In this document: positions 48,888-62,872 of the stretch, piece after piece
Layout: each line of letters opens with the position of its first letter
Numbering within the stretch: position 1 is the first letter of the stretch
Assembly: GCF_020745735.1 (NCBI RefSeq)
Contig: NC_083412.1
Span: 96,128,320 to 96,192,319, forward strand
Source: Hemiscyllium ocellatum
Lineage: Eukaryota
Direction of reading: 5' to 3'
Length of the DNA stretch: 64,000 nt
Notes under the pieces: generated by a model
The model's database searches: none
Told to the model about the DNA's origin: nothing
The model's input: the letters and a program-made list of their open reading frames with translations, nothing else
Translations under genes and position numbers: made by a program

Positions 48888-49205
48888 AAAATTATGAGTT
48901 GCATAGATGGGGTTGACAGTCACAATTTTTTTCTCAAAGTTGAAATGCCTAACACTTGGGGGCATGCATTTAAGGTGAGGTGGGGGGGAAGTTCAAAGAA
49001 GATGTGAGGGGCAAGTTTTTCACACAGAGAGTGTCAGGAATGTGGAACACACTGCCAGGGGTGATGGTAGAGGCAGATATGATAGGGGCATTGAACGGAC
49101 TTTTAGATAATCACGTGAATGTGCAAGGAATTGAGGGATATGGACCAAGGGTGTCATATTCGGCAGAACATCCTGTTCCTGTGCTGTCGAGTTCTATTTT
49201 CTATG
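48888..49205 (+). mobile_element. CR1 3' fragment
   Basis: GGKFKEDVRGKFFTQRV..MWNTLP. Confidence 0.85.
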
Positions 49206-49816
49206 TTTCAAAAATGAGGATGGGAATTTCCAAATTGAGGTGTTGTCATATTAGGAGCAATGTGAGATAGACTAGTATGTGTTATTATCAGGTGTGTTTT
49301 AGGGCTAACCGGGAGAAGTGGTGGTACTACTGCAGAAGGTAAATCACAATCATCCCACTCGCTCATTAATGAGGCAGGACTCATAATGGTTTCCCTTGAG
49401 GTACAGTGACCACAGCCACTATGGGAATTGAGCCCATATTGCTAACGTCATTAAACTTTACAAGTCAACCACCCAGCCAACTGAGCTAACCAGCTAATAG
49501 TTGTGATATAGCAAGTGAATCAGAGACAGATAGAGTGTTGAAAAAAACTCAGCAGATTTGGCAACATCTGTGGAGAGAAAAATAGAGTTAAAATTTCGAG
49601 TCCAAAATTTCACACCCCCTCAAGATGAGACATGAAGTGTTAATTGCATTTGTCTCTCCACAGGCACTGCCAGACCTGTTGAGTTTCTCCAGCATTCTCC
49701 GTACATATTTCGGACTTTCACCATCCATGGCAATTTGTTTATACTAAATCAGGGGGCTGGGTTAACATTCCGGAGGCACAAATTCAAATCCTGCCGTGAG
49801 AGCTGATGGAATTTAA

Positions 49817-50090
49817 ATTAGATTAGATTAGATTCCCGACAGTGCAGAAACAGACCCTTCAGCCCAAACCGACCCTCTAAAGAGTAATCCACCCAGACCC
49901 ACTAACTAATGCGCCGGGGCAATTTAGCATGGCCAATTCACCCTGACCTGCACATCTTCGGACTGTGGGAGGAAACCCACGCAGACACAGGGAGAATGTG
50001 CAAACTTCACACAGACAGTCGCCCAAGGCTGGAATTGAACCCGGGACCCTGGTACTGTGAGCAGCAGTGCTAACCACTGAGCCACCGTGC
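49817..50090 (-). mobile_element. HE1-type SINE
   Basis: Consensus head and (TAATC)n tail. Confidence 0.9.
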
Positions 50091-53000
50091 CAATTCATCT
50101 GGGAGTGGATGGTAACCACACAATTATCAGTGAATGCTGCTCATTAACATCCTTCAACAGAAGGAAATCTGCTATCTTTGCCCAGTCTGTCCAGCAGGTT
50201 ACTCCAAACCCCAGAAATGTGATGGACTGCCATCTGCCCTTGCCTCTCAATACAAAGGGTGGACAACAAATGTGGAACTTGCCAGTTAGACCCACATTCC
50301 CTGAATGAAGAAAGATCTACAGTGTAGCCATCCAATGGAAAATGGCCACAGGCTCACCCTTTATCATAAATGTACATCTACTTTCAACAGAGAATTGCAT
50401 TCATTTTACAGCAAGAAACGCATTATTAAGTCCAACAAGTCTGTACACATGTTTATTCCCCACTCAAGCCTTCCTCATCTGTCCTATCAACAGACTCTTT
50501 CATTCCTTCCTCTCTCATGTGCTTATCACGCTTCCCATTAAGTGCATCAACATTATTTCCTTTAATCTCTCCTTGTGGGAACAAGTTCCATTGCACCCTC
50601 TGGGTAATGAAGATGCTTCAGATTCCCACTTGATTTCTTCATCATCATCATCCTCTGCTGATGGCCTTTCATTTCAGTCTTCTACATCAATGTAATCACT
50701 GCCTTTATCAGGTAGAATGATTTTCTTCTTGTTTCAAAAATATACTTTATTCATAAACTATCTGTAAGCAAATGCAACAAATATAAAACAGGTCTTTGCA
50801 AAAGTGGAATTTTGACATTCCTCAGGACATCCTTAATCCAGTTACAACAAAAGAAAGGAATTTTCTCATCATGAAAGGAAACTATTAACATTCCAATTAA
50901 GTCTATGTGAGTATCTCAAAATGCAACAAACCCTCATACCTTTGTGGGATAAGATGATGACCAAACACAGAAAACTTTGGTATGTATATCTTTTCCCACC
51001 CTTTACCTGCCTGGGGGACGTTCTGACCCATCTGTTACTGCCATCCCGGGTGCACTTGTTGAAATGGTGACACTCCCGCTGCTACATTTCCGCATCTAAG
51101 ACAGAGATAAAACAAAATGGTCTTTTTTTCCGAAATACTCATGAGTCTTTGCAACTCCTTACCTCCAAAGGAAGTGGGAAGCGGAATCCTTGAATAAGGC
51201 AGCGATAGATTCTCGATAGGCAAGGGGCTGAAATGTCAATGGGGGTATGCAGGAAGGTGGATTTGAGGTTACAATCAGATGTGCCGTGACCTTATCGAAT
51301 TATGGAGTGGGCTGGAGGGGCCAAATGGCCTACTGCTGCTCCTAACTGACATTATCACCTTGTCAGATGTACAGTCCAGTAATGCACATTAAAGTCTTGG
51401 GGAAAGTTCACACGCACTGCTTGCTGTTTGGAGAATTGCAGAGTTCCGTCATCCTGTAGGGCTGAATGATATAGTTGTTTGTCATGGGACCCTGGAGTCT
51501 GTACATGCGACCTCGATGTATCCTTTCAGCTGTTGATACTTCTCTTATTTGGCCGAGCACCGTGTGCCTCTTTCAGAGCACAGATGGGTGTTTTGGTAGC
51601 CACTGAGACATTCCACTGAGGGAAGAGGTTTAACACTGCGCATATTGTTGAAGAAAGATCAGATTTCTAACCCTCTCCTCACCCTGCACCCACCACCTCC
51701 CCCCCATCTCCCCCACCAGATAGCTGCTCCATGAAAAGCAGATCAATGCATAAAGGCTCTGTCAGATTATACCCACCATGAAAAAAAAATCCTAATCCCT
51801 TCCCCCCCAGAGGGATAATACTAAAGTGAAAGGAAGACAATTCTGGGGACTGATTAAACATTCTAGGTGTCTTTCAAATTGAGAAGAAAAGACACAAGAG
51901 AAAGACTGGGTTGGTGCGATAAGAGATATTTAAGGATTACCAGCGACTTAATTCGGAGATTCTTGTGGTGAGGGTACATTGAAACAGCCATGGGACACTT
52001 CTTCAATCCATCCCTTTCACTTTCCAAGCACTGACCACGATAAAAGGCTTCCCTTTTTCTTTTGGCTGGGTTTAACAGAAACTGCTGGGGGCAGGGTTGG
52101 TGGGGGAGAGGAATTCAACAGACATTCCGAGGAGAAAGCTTCAAAGCTGCAGCGACCGGTTTCCTGCCGTTTCTGGTTTTAAAGTGTGTCTTGTTGTCCC
52201 GAATCGGTAACGGTTTATTTCCCTTATTCTGCCCACTTGCACCAAAGGGATAAATGTTTGGATTGCCAGCTGAATTAGTCAAACTTAATGTTTAAATGGT
52301 GTTGACCTATTGCTCAACAAGTTCCATTTCAAAGTTTTGAATGTCCCACACTCTACGTAGAAAAAAAAACCCAAAGGACTTGAATTGATACACTGAAGTG
52401 ATCTAAGCCTTCTCAAAGTGCTTTCAGTTTTTTATTTTAAGTATTCACCATTGGCACAGCGTGGGAACTGTGTGTTTTGTTCTGTGCATTCGTGGGATGT
52501 AGGCAGCATTTATTGCCCGACTCTAATTGTCCTTGAGAAGGTTGTGGTGAGCTGCCTTCTTGAAGTGTAAGGACACACACAATACAGACAAAGAAAGTGA
52601 GTTCCAGGATTTTGGCACCAATTGTAACATAGCTGAAATCTGGAAGGTGGGGAATCTTGTAGCCGGTGGTGTCCCTGTTGTCTGTACTCCTAGGTGTCAA
52701 CAGGCAGGAGTCATTGGTTTGAAAGGCACTTATGAATGAGCCCTTGGTCAGTTAGTGCAGTGCATCTTTTAGTTGGTATGCACTGCTGCTGCTGCGTGTT
52801 GGATGTAGAGTGAGTAACTGTTGAAGGTGGTGGATGGTATTGATCATCTTGAGTGTTGTGTAGCACTCATCCAGGCAAATGGGAAATGTTCTATCACACT
52901 CCTGACTTGTGGCCTGAAGGTGCTGGACAGGCTTTGGCTCTAACTATGCCCTGTACATGTCATCCCAATTGGGCAGGTTTAGTGTTATGGGGCATAGGGA

Positions 53001-53319
53001 GATCAAGGCCCAAAACTGGGATGAGGCAAAGTAAATGGGAAGTCTGGCTGAGAGACAGCGCCTTTGCATCCTCTTGTTTCCCAGCTTCTCCCCATTACAA
53101 TATATTCCATTCTACACTGTCCCCCCCCCCCAACTCCAACCCTACATGATATACCTGGGATACCCGGGAACACTTCCTGATCCTGGAAATTTGGTGAGCT
53201 GACCTCCCAGCCCCAATCGAACTCCTGATTTCTGATTGGTCTGGCATCTCTTTCTGGGAAGCCATGATTTGAGAAGCAGACCTCGCCAGTGCCTGATTGG
53301 CTTGTGGTTAGTTCGGAGA

Positions 53320-53520
53320 CAGGGAGGACTGTGGATGCTGGAGATCAGAGTCAAAACGTGAGGTGCTGGAAAAGCTGGTCAGGCAACAGCCGAGGAGCAG
53401 GAGAGTTGACGTATGGAGCATTAGCTCTTCATCCTGATGAAGAACGTATACCCGAATCATCGATTCTCCTGATCCCTGGAAGCTGCCTGGCCAGCTGTGC
53501 TTCTCCAGCACCTCACTTTC
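53320..53520. mobile_element. Older PLE family A fold-back copy
   Basis: Inverted arms centred on CTTCATC-CT-GATGAAG. Confidence 0.75.
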
Positions 53521-55636
53521 TAATTTGTTATGTGAGCCTTTTTGAGAAGAGACAGCACTGACAGATGAGACCCCCAAATCTGCTGACTGTCTGGTAACAG
53601 CTTTTCCCCTCAGAGTCCAAACTGAACTGAACTCAGTTCTCATGATGGGATGTGAACTCATGAAGTGCTCTTTTGACCAGCACTTGAGGATTCCTAATCC
53701 AATAGTGCAACTGCGGCGCTAATATACTCCCAAATTATTGCAAACAGGATGATTTACCATAGACCTCAGAATCTGTTTGAAGTTGTGTCAGCTGAGCAGT
53801 ATTTGTAAGTTGTTTGTCAGGCACACTTGGACAACAATAAGCTGTGAATTGTCCTTCAAATTGTGCAATCTCTGAACAATACCTTTTAAAACAAGGCCAT
53901 TCATCCCATCCTACCTATGTTGCTTCTTTGAAAGAGCTATTCTGGTTAATTCCACCTCATCTCCACCTCGACCCCCTCTCTTCCACCAGAGTACATCAGG
54001 TGGTTATCTTTCAACGGCTTGTTCATGTCCCTTTTGAAAGTTGGTAATGGGTCCGTTTCCATTACCCTTTCAGAGAGCACATTCTGAATCATCAAACCCC
54101 AGTGTGTTCACCTGGCCATCCATCATTGCCATCCCGACTCACATCATGGGTGACCTCCTAAACCCCCATCACCACTGACCACTCCCTCAGCCCTGACCCA
54201 GTCGGGACCAAATTGCCCATGTTTTTCCCAGGACAGTGACCCCTTTAATGTTTCATTAACGTTTTCCACGATTTCAGCTTGCAGGAAAGTGCTTTCTAAC
54301 AAATTAGTACTAATGACATATGTGTCTGTTAGTGAAGTAAACTCATGACCACTTCTATCTCAAAGGACAAGGGCAGCAGATACCTGGGAACACCACACCC
54401 TGCAAGTTGCCCACCAAGTGACTCACCATCCCAACTTGGAAATATATCACTGTTCCTTCATTGTCACTGGATCAAAATTATGGAATTCCCTCCTTAAGGG
54501 CATTGTGGACCTACTATAGCACGTGGACTGCAGTGGTTCAAGAAGGCAGCTCACCACCACGTTCTCAAGGGGCAACTAGGGACGGGTAATAAATGTTGGG
54601 CCGAGCCAGAAACACCCATGTTCCATGACAGAATGTTTTTTTCACAAAAGTGGCAACGTATTGTGTACTGTATGATCCAACTGTTAGGCAAAGATTCAGT
54701 AATAATAATATTGCATTAGGGATCAATATTGGAGCAAGATTCGAGGGGTACTTGCTCTGTCTTTCTTCAGATAGTACCTGCTGAACCTTTTACATTCAGC
54801 TGCATAGACAGAGAGTCCAGTTTTAATGTCTCCTCTGAAAGACAGCATCTCTGTTGATACAGCACTCTCCCAGTACCATAAACAAAAATAAGATTGAGAT
54901 GTTTCAGATCAAGCAACCTGTAAATTCGAACTCCAAACGCTGTAACAATCCGAGGGATTACACACATAATCAGGGACTACAACCTCCTCTGGTCGTTAAG
55001 GCTTTTGAGCTGAATTTCTTTGCTTGTTCTTGTTTAACAGCGAAGCACGTTGATACTAATGGGCCACCGTACCTGACACTGTTTGGTCATTACAATACCA
55101 TTTTGTTCCTGAATCAAAGGAGAAAGATACAGAGCAAGGAACAGAGAGGGGTCAGTCTTTCCCTGTGACTCCCTGTCCTCTTGGTTTCAGAATTGTGTGT
55201 GGTCCTTCAGGACCCCAGCATTAAGGCAGAGGGAGGATTCATGATAAATAGAACAAAGATTTAATCAGTGGAATTAGCTATTTATGCAGAAGCATCTGTT
55301 TTAGAGAATGCATACAGATGTAACGTGGACCTATTTGCACAAGAACTAAATAGCAATTCAGATCTCTTGGGGGCTGCCTGTCGCAGTTTCTTTGCGATGT
55401 TCTTTAATCTCCGGGACCTGATTCAGAATTCAGGCCAGGCTGATGAAATGGGAGTGATTTTGCTTTCAATATTTTGCAGTTTCCAAAGTTTTCGCAGTGA
55501 GGTTTCACTCACAGCTTTCAACCCAGTTCCTTTTCGTATCAGTACAAAGCTGTTCAATTGGCAGCAACCCATTCTGCACGGAGTGCAGCACATGTATGTT
55601 AGCTACTGAGACAGCAGTCAGTGGATATGGCTTGGT

Positions 55637-56030
55637 CTTAACCTGATCCTGTGCTGTCCCTGTCCCTGGGAGTGTTTGATGGGGACAGTGTGGAGGGAGC
55701 TTTACTCTGTATCTAACATAATGTTGCTCTTATCCTGGAAGTGTTTGATGGAGACAGTGTAGAGGAGGCTTTACTCTGTTCCTAACCCATGCTGTACCTA
55801 TCCTGGGAGTGTTTGATCGGGACACTGTAGAGGGAGCTTCACTTTGTATTCTACCCTGTCCTCAGAGTTTTTGGTGGGGACAGCATGGAGACACCTTAGC
55901 TTGCAGTTCAAAAGAGTCAAGGGAGGCTTGCTTTGTATCAAATCCCCTGCTGTCCCTCTCCTGAAAATATTTGATGAGCCAGTGTAGAGGAAGCTTTACT
56001 CTTTATCTGACCCCATGCTGTCTGTGTTTG
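55637..56030 (+). repeat. Second array of the ~69-bp tandem repeat (~5-6 decaying copies)
   Basis: Unit starts at 55701, 55770, 55838 etc.; same unit as 14933-15153. Confidence 0.85.
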
Positions 56031-57265
56031 AGAGTGCATGTAATACTCTGTTCTGTACCTGACTCTGTCCGATACCAAGGCACACGGTGCTGGAACGCCC
56101 CCCACCCACAGGGTCTAAACATGAGGGGCAGAGTCAAAATAAGTGTCAGGCGGTGTCGGTGTGAAATGAGGAGAATTTGTTCCCACACAGTGGATAATCT
56201 TTGCGATCCTACATCCTGGAGATTCATTCACTAGTACTTTCAGGAGAGAGATCAGTAGATTTCTAGATATTAATGAAGGGAAAGATTGGAAAATGCTTTG
56301 GGGTAGGTGATCAATCAGATGTGGTTTAATGGTGGAGCAGTCTTGAGAGGCTGAAAGACTTTGTTTCTCTTTTATGAGCAGAGGAAATATTCTAATCAAA
56401 TTGCTTATTTAACTCTTTGAACGATTCTCAGAATTAAGTCCATTCTCTGTGCTCTTTTCCAAAACCCTGTATGCCTTTTGACATTTCAGCCATATATTTC
56501 ATTCCTTTTTCAAAGTTCTGGTTGATCCAGCTTCCATCACCCTTTCAGGTAGCACGTTCAAGGTCAAAACAGCTCGCTGCCTGACAAAACATTTTCACAT
56601 CTCACCCCAGGTCCTTTTGCCAATCTTCTTCAGTCTGTGCCTGGTCAGTCTTCGATTCCAGAAGGTCTGGGGCCAAACCTGGAGGTTTGACATCCCAAAT
56701 ACCCAACTCTCCAACGTCTCCATTTCATTCATGATCCTGACAATTTCCACAAGGAAGATGTGATGTGAAACTGAGCTGCTGTTGTCCGATTTCTGCTTCT
56801 CTTTAGCACCACCCTGGTTATGCCGGAACACATTCAAACTATTGATTCCTGTGTTAAAAGCTTATGGATAACAGCTCGATCTGCCACATGTGCCCTTTTG
56901 CCACCTGACACTGCAGCTCCCCCTCTTTATGGGGAAAATGAATTCATCCACACGGCTAACTGATAGCCTTGCTTTGTCCAGAGTTTATGAAGCAAGTCAT
57001 GCTGTAATTGTTTTTATTTGATTTCATGACTTTCAAAATGGACTCTAATTTTTGTCATTTTCTGAGGGCAAAGCCTATAATTTCCACATCAGTTTGTTCA
57101 GAGCAATCCAGATGTGTGGGTGTGTCTAAATGTGTCTGTGTGTATATCTGTGTCTGTGTGTATATCTGTGTGTGTATGTATATCTGTGTGTGTCCAAATG
57201 TGAGTCTGTGTGTGTTTGTGTGTATGTGTGAGTCTGTGTGTGTATGTATATGAGTACGTATGCAT

Positions 57266-57422
57266 NNNNNNNNNNNNNNNNNNNNNNNNNNNNNNNNNNN
57301 NNNNNNNNNNNNNNNNNNNNNNNNNNNNNNNNNNNNNNNNNNNNNNNNNNNNNNNNNNNNNNNNNNNNNNNNNNNNNNNNNNNNNNNNNNNNNNNNNNNN
57401 NNNNNNNNNNNNNNNNNNNNNN
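57266..57422. other. Assembly gap (157 N) next to a TG-rich simple repeat
   Basis: Run of N. Confidence 1.
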
Positions 57423-57450
57423 TGTCTCTTTTACAAACTGGTTGAGGAGA

Positions 57451-57622
57451 AGATTAGATTAGATTAGATTACTTACAGTGTGGAAACAGGCCCTTCGGCC
57501 CAACAAGTCCACACCGACCCGCTCAAGTGCAATCCACTCATTCCCCTACATTTACCCCTTTGCCTAACACTACGGGCAATTTAGCATGGCCAATTCACCT
57601 GACCTGCACATCTTTGGACTGT
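57451..57622 (-). mobile_element. Partial HE1 SINE (3' half)
   Basis: AGATTAGATT...ACAGGCCCTTCGGCCCAACAAGTCCACACC. Confidence 0.9.
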
Positions 57623-58927
57623 GCAAAGTCATGAACATTGTTTAGGCTTAGACTTTAAAGTATCACACTTTATTGTACACTAATGCAAGTTTCTTTAAAT
57701 TCTTTCATTGGATGTGGGTGATATTGGCTGGCCCAACATTTATAGCCCATCCCTCATGGGTCTTGAACTTGCTGGACCATCACAGTGACAAGTCCATCAC
57801 ATTGCCGTGGGTCTGGAGTGATGTTTCAGCCAGACTTGGTAAGGACACCAGATTTCCTTCCCTAACATTCTTCAGATGAGTATTGATGACAATTGTTATA
57901 TGGTTTCCAGCTTCAGCACCCAGGTGTTTACTGAATTCAGATTTTAGTATCTGCTATCTAACTCAGAACTTTAAGCTAAGGTTTCAGATTACTAACCTGC
58001 ATTGACAATACCACTCCATCAACACTTTACAATGCTCAATATTGCCTTAACTGCAATCAACCTGCCTCTGACTTGTAATTACATTGGTTAAGGACTGAAC
58101 TGTCTCTTTCCTCTTCACGTCCATGTGCTCCAATGACCCTTACGCATTTAAAAAGCTTTAAATCCACCCACATTGTGCTGTTTACACTCAGTGATGTGCA
58201 ACTCTGTGACATCATTGCATGGTTGTTCCAGGATCCTAAAGGCCTGAAACAACATTCTGTACATTTTTGTGAGTTTGTGCTTTGCCAGTATGTGTGAGCT
58301 GGTAAATTTGTCTCCCTATCCATCTCTTTGAGTTTGTGTGCTGTCTCTGGGAGGGGGGACAGTGGTCAGTGATAATCTCACGGTATCAGTAATATAGCAA
58401 ACCCAGATGGTAACTCTTCAGATATGGGTAAATCATTAGACACCACAATAACAAGTAGGATTCACTCTGGAATTGAAAGCTCATTTCATGATAGTGCTGT
58501 GAAGCTGCAGTTCATTGTTATGAAAATACACATGTCTGGTTCACCAGTGCTGTTCAGGGAAGGAAAACTGCCTTCCTTACCAGGTCTGGCCTACTTGTGG
58601 CTCCAGACCCACAGGAACATGGTTGAATTTATCTGCCCTCTGAAAACCATTCAAATGGGTCAACAGCTCGAAAGGGTTGGCACATCACTACCTTCTTGAG
58701 GGGAATTCAGAACGAGCAATATATTGGCCGTGTGAGTGATGTTCACTTTCATGTTTTCATAGGGTTTGGGTGCTACTGGCAAAGCTTGTGTTTATTGCTC
58801 ACATCAAATTGCCCTTGCAAAGGTAGTGGAGAGTTGTCTTCTCAAACTACTGCTGTCCAGAGGGCACGGGTACACCTACCGTGCAGTTTATTTTTGGATT
58901 TGGAGAGACAGTAATAAAGCAGTAACG

Positions 58928-59056
58928 CTGATGAAGGGCTTATGCTCGAAACGTCGAATTCTCTATTCCTGAGATGCTGCCTGGCCTGCTGTGCTTTGAC
59001 CAGCAACACATTTGCAGCTGTGATCTCCAGCATCTGCAGACCTCATTTTTTACTAC
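58928..59056 (+). mobile_element. Young PLE family A short copy
   Basis: TSD AATAAAGCAGTAAC at 58913-58926 and 59057-59070; near-identical to the 17252-17340 region. Confidence 0.9.
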
Positions 59057-59379
59057 AATAAAGCAGTAACACTGATTGAATTACAAGTCTGGAGATCCAG
59101 GGCAAAGCTCTGTGTACAGGGTTTCAAATCATCCCACAGTAGTGCTAGGGAGAGAGTTCTCAGACTTTGACCCAGTGACAATGAAGGAAAGATGATGGAA
59201 TCCTATGTAAGCATAGAGTGCAAGAGAATCTGCAAATGCTGGCACCTGTTTAATCTGCTGGGTGATAAAGGTCATGAGTTGATGGGGCATTGCCAATAGG
59301 TGAATTGCTGTATTGTATCTTGTAGGTATTTGTATGTCCAAGTACCTCCATCTGTTAGAGTCTGTGCAGGCGTGGATAT

Positions 59380-59546
59380 GATGTGGAGGTGCCAGTGTTG
59401 GAGCGGGTGAACAAAGTCAGAACTCACACGACATCAGGTTATACTCTAACAGGTTTATTTGAACCAGACGAAAGGAGCAGTGCTCTGAAAGCTTGTGATT
59501 TCAAATAAACCTGTTGGACTATAACCTGGTGTTGTGTGACTTCTGA
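59380..59546. mobile_element. PLE family C fold-back copy
   Basis: Arms 59417-59463 and 59500-59546 are reverse complements; decayed hammerhead in the loop. Confidence 0.75.
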
Positions 59547-62294
59547 GGTATGGTATGTGTGTGCTGAAGTGTATTACTGAATTTATGACTCTGTGTATCC
59601 GTGCATCGGAGGGCCAGTGTGCATGATCACATTGGAAAGCAGGCCACTGCTGGTTCGTGTGTTCATTAACACACTAGTTTAATCAGGGAACTCAGTGGGG
59701 CTGCCTGTATTGAAGGGACAGATTCTGAGACAATGTCATTTGGTTCCACCACATGAAGCTAAAGTACCAAGCAAACCCTGCCAGTGTTGTGCAGATGATT
59801 AATTCCAAAGACTTTCTGCAGTGACTCCCTGTTCCACCCAGGTGTAATCCAATGAAGACTTCAATTCATTATCCAGCACAAAATCCCCCTGACACCCCCT
59901 CCCAATCTCTTTAATCTGCTACTATGTAAAGCAACACTGGAGCTGAACAAACTGCATTAACTGAGGCAGAACTTATGAAATGAGGCTTGATTCCTCTTGG
60001 ATATTTCCCTTGTGTTTTTGGATTTGTTTTTCTAGCTGATATGAAGTGATCTCTTGGGCTCATTAAGCTTGCACATTATCAGTGGAAGCTCAGTATTATT
60101 TTATTCCAATTCCACTTTAAAATGTCAGGCATGAATGCAGGGGGTCCGAAATTATCTGGAACACAAAAATGACTTTAGTGTTTCAATGCAAGCTCCTTTT
60201 TTTAAACCAAACATCTCTGTCTGAGCATTAACCTCTCTCCTTCCTCTTTGGAAAATGGAGTATCACCTTCCCCAAGTATAGGTATATTTAATCAATCCAC
60301 TCAGGCAGATAGTGAGACATCTGGGGCAAGTTGAACTTGGGACTTCTGTTCCAGAGGTGGGGATACTACTACAAAAACCCCACCTCTCTATCCATCCCAA
60401 CAGTATATTTAACTTAGTTGCTGCTTTGGTGAGGGAAGGGATTGAAAAGTGAAGGTGGGCGTGTTTATCAAACTCTGAGACCATGGAGTGGACCAGTCAA
60501 GTTGGGTGTTACATTTACCCACAGGTGGGCTTTTGAGCCTTTGGATTAGTTTCAGATTTGGTGTGCGAGAGCTTAGACCAGTTGGTGTGCTCCTTGCTCC
60601 ACTTAGCTTCCCAACCAGTCACAGAGGTGGCAGGGAGATATAACTTTTATTGAAAAAAAGCCAAGTGAAAATGAGGGTCTAGATTCGAAACAATAGCTTG
60701 CTCCCTCTCCATGGATGCTCCCTGTTCTGCTGTGATCTCCAGCATTTTGTGTTTTCAGAAGTACCTCGAGTCCTTGCTAAATATTGAGTTGAACTTCCTG
60801 ACTGTCACTATTATGCTAATCAGGGAATCAGAACATCTGGTTAAGTGGTTTACATGAGCAGGAGATTGTCAAAGGCTGGAGTTGAGGAGGTGCAGTCCTT
60901 GGAAGGAGTGGATTAGAAAGAGGGGATTTGTGAAGCATTTTGACTCCATAACCCAGTGAGGGTCTCAGGGGTGTGGGGATTGTCATTCTGGGATTGCAGC
61001 TCAGGGGGAAAGCAAGGAAAAAAAATTCAGAACAACACAGAGTACAGTAAAGATCAATAAAGAGGACAGGGTAGCATACTTTTAAGTACTTTGAGAATGT
61101 TGATTCATATTTTTTGAACAGGATTGGTTGCTGAAATCTTCAGAAGAATGTGGTAAGGTTTATTTTAGAGGGCTTTTGAAGATTGCACAGGCTTTAAAAA
61201 AAAGCTTAACAAGTCACTCTTTAACCACTCATCAAGTTTATATAGCCCAACAACCAGAACAAACACAGCTGGATACCTTCACATCATCTTAGAACTCTGC
61301 ATATTTCAGAGCAATTACTGTCGAGCATCTTGATTCTGATTTATGAGCTGGGGGCAGCTCAGATCGTTCTGAGGATTTAACAAAAACCATATGCCAACGG
61401 GGTGGCATGGTGGAAAGTAGCAGCCATCCTTATTGCTAAATTGAGACTGGGATTTCAGAACGCACCGCAGTGACAAGGAAAACCTCGTTTTCAGCCTCTG
61501 CAGTCGGGAATCACGGCTAATTTGAAAAATCAACCTCTGGTTTCTTCACCGTGCTGGGTTCCATTGTTCTACCATTGGTGATTTTGCCTTCACCTGCCTG
61601 GTCCCTAACCTCTGGTAGTCTTATCTATCTCCATCCCCAAATTCTCTCAGCTTCTTGACGTCTTGACTCTTTCAAGATGCTCCTTCTTTGGTTAAGTTAC
61701 TCCAATATCTCCTTCGGTGCTGAGGGTCAAATTTTGTTTGGATATTTTAGGATATTTTATTGGCTAAAAAGTGCTATATATACACTTTTAGGATGCAAAA
61801 ATGCTTTTGGTTTTGGGGAGCCTATGGCCTAGTAGTAATGCTGGACTATTAATCCAGAGACCCAGTTAATGTTCTGGGGACCTGGGTTCAAATCCCACAC
61901 GGAAATTTTAATTCAATTAAAAAAAATCTGGAATTAAGAGTCTTATGGTGACCATGAAACCATTGCTAGGCAAAAGTGAGGATTGCAGATGCTGGAGATC
62001 AGAGACTAGATTAGAGTGGTGCTGGAAAAGCACAGCAGGCCAGGCAGCATCCGAGGAGCAGGAAAAATTGGCGTTTCGGTCAAAAACTCTTCTGCTGTTT
62101 GCCAGGAAAAACCCATCTGGTTCATTAACATTCTTTAGTGAAGGAAATCTACCATTGCTACCTAGTCTGGTGTATATGTGAGTCAAGATACACAGCAATG
62201 TAGTTGACTCTTAACTGGGCAGTTAGGGATGGGCAATAAATGCTGGCCCAGCCAGTGATTTACATGTCCTGTGAATGAATTAAAAAAAAACAGA

Positions 62295-62872
62295 GGGATG
62301 TGGCCATACAGGTTCACCAATTCCTGAAAGTGGCAACACAGATGGATAAGGTGGTCAAGAAGGCATACAGCACACACTTGCCTTCATTGGCTGGGGTTTA
62401 GAGTTGATAAGTTATATTACAGCTGTATAAAACTTTAATTAGGTCACATTTGGAATATTGTATGCAGCTCTGGTTGCCATACTGCCAGCAGTTCTTGGAT
62501 GCTTTGGAGAGAGTGCAGAGAAGTTTTACCAGGATGTTGCCTGGTCTGGAGGGCTTTAGTTATGAGGAGGGGTTGGATAAACTCAGATTGTTTTCACTGG
62601 AAAGACTGGAGGCTGAGGGATGACCTCAAAGAGAGTTGATAGAGGTTACAAGATTGAGGCATAGTTTGGATAGTTGTCAGAGGCTATTTCCCAGGGTGGA
62701 AAAGTCACTACAACAGGGCACAGGTTCAAGGTGAGAGAGGGAAAGTTTAGGAGGAAACTGCGGGGAACATTTTTCACACAGACGCCTGTGGCTCGTGGAA
62801 CACACCGCCATGGGAGTGGTGGAAGCATGCACGTTAGCATCGTTTAAGACATATCTTGAGAGACACATGAAT
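62295..62872 (+). mobile_element. CR1 3' fragment
   Basis: CAGCTGTATAAAACTTTAATTAGGTCACATTTGGAATATTG...AGGATGTTGCCTGG. Confidence 0.85.

Noticed and set aside
55268-55609. 113-aa ORF in unique sequence
   Set aside because: Non-ATG start, no splice support, no recognisable motif on either strand.
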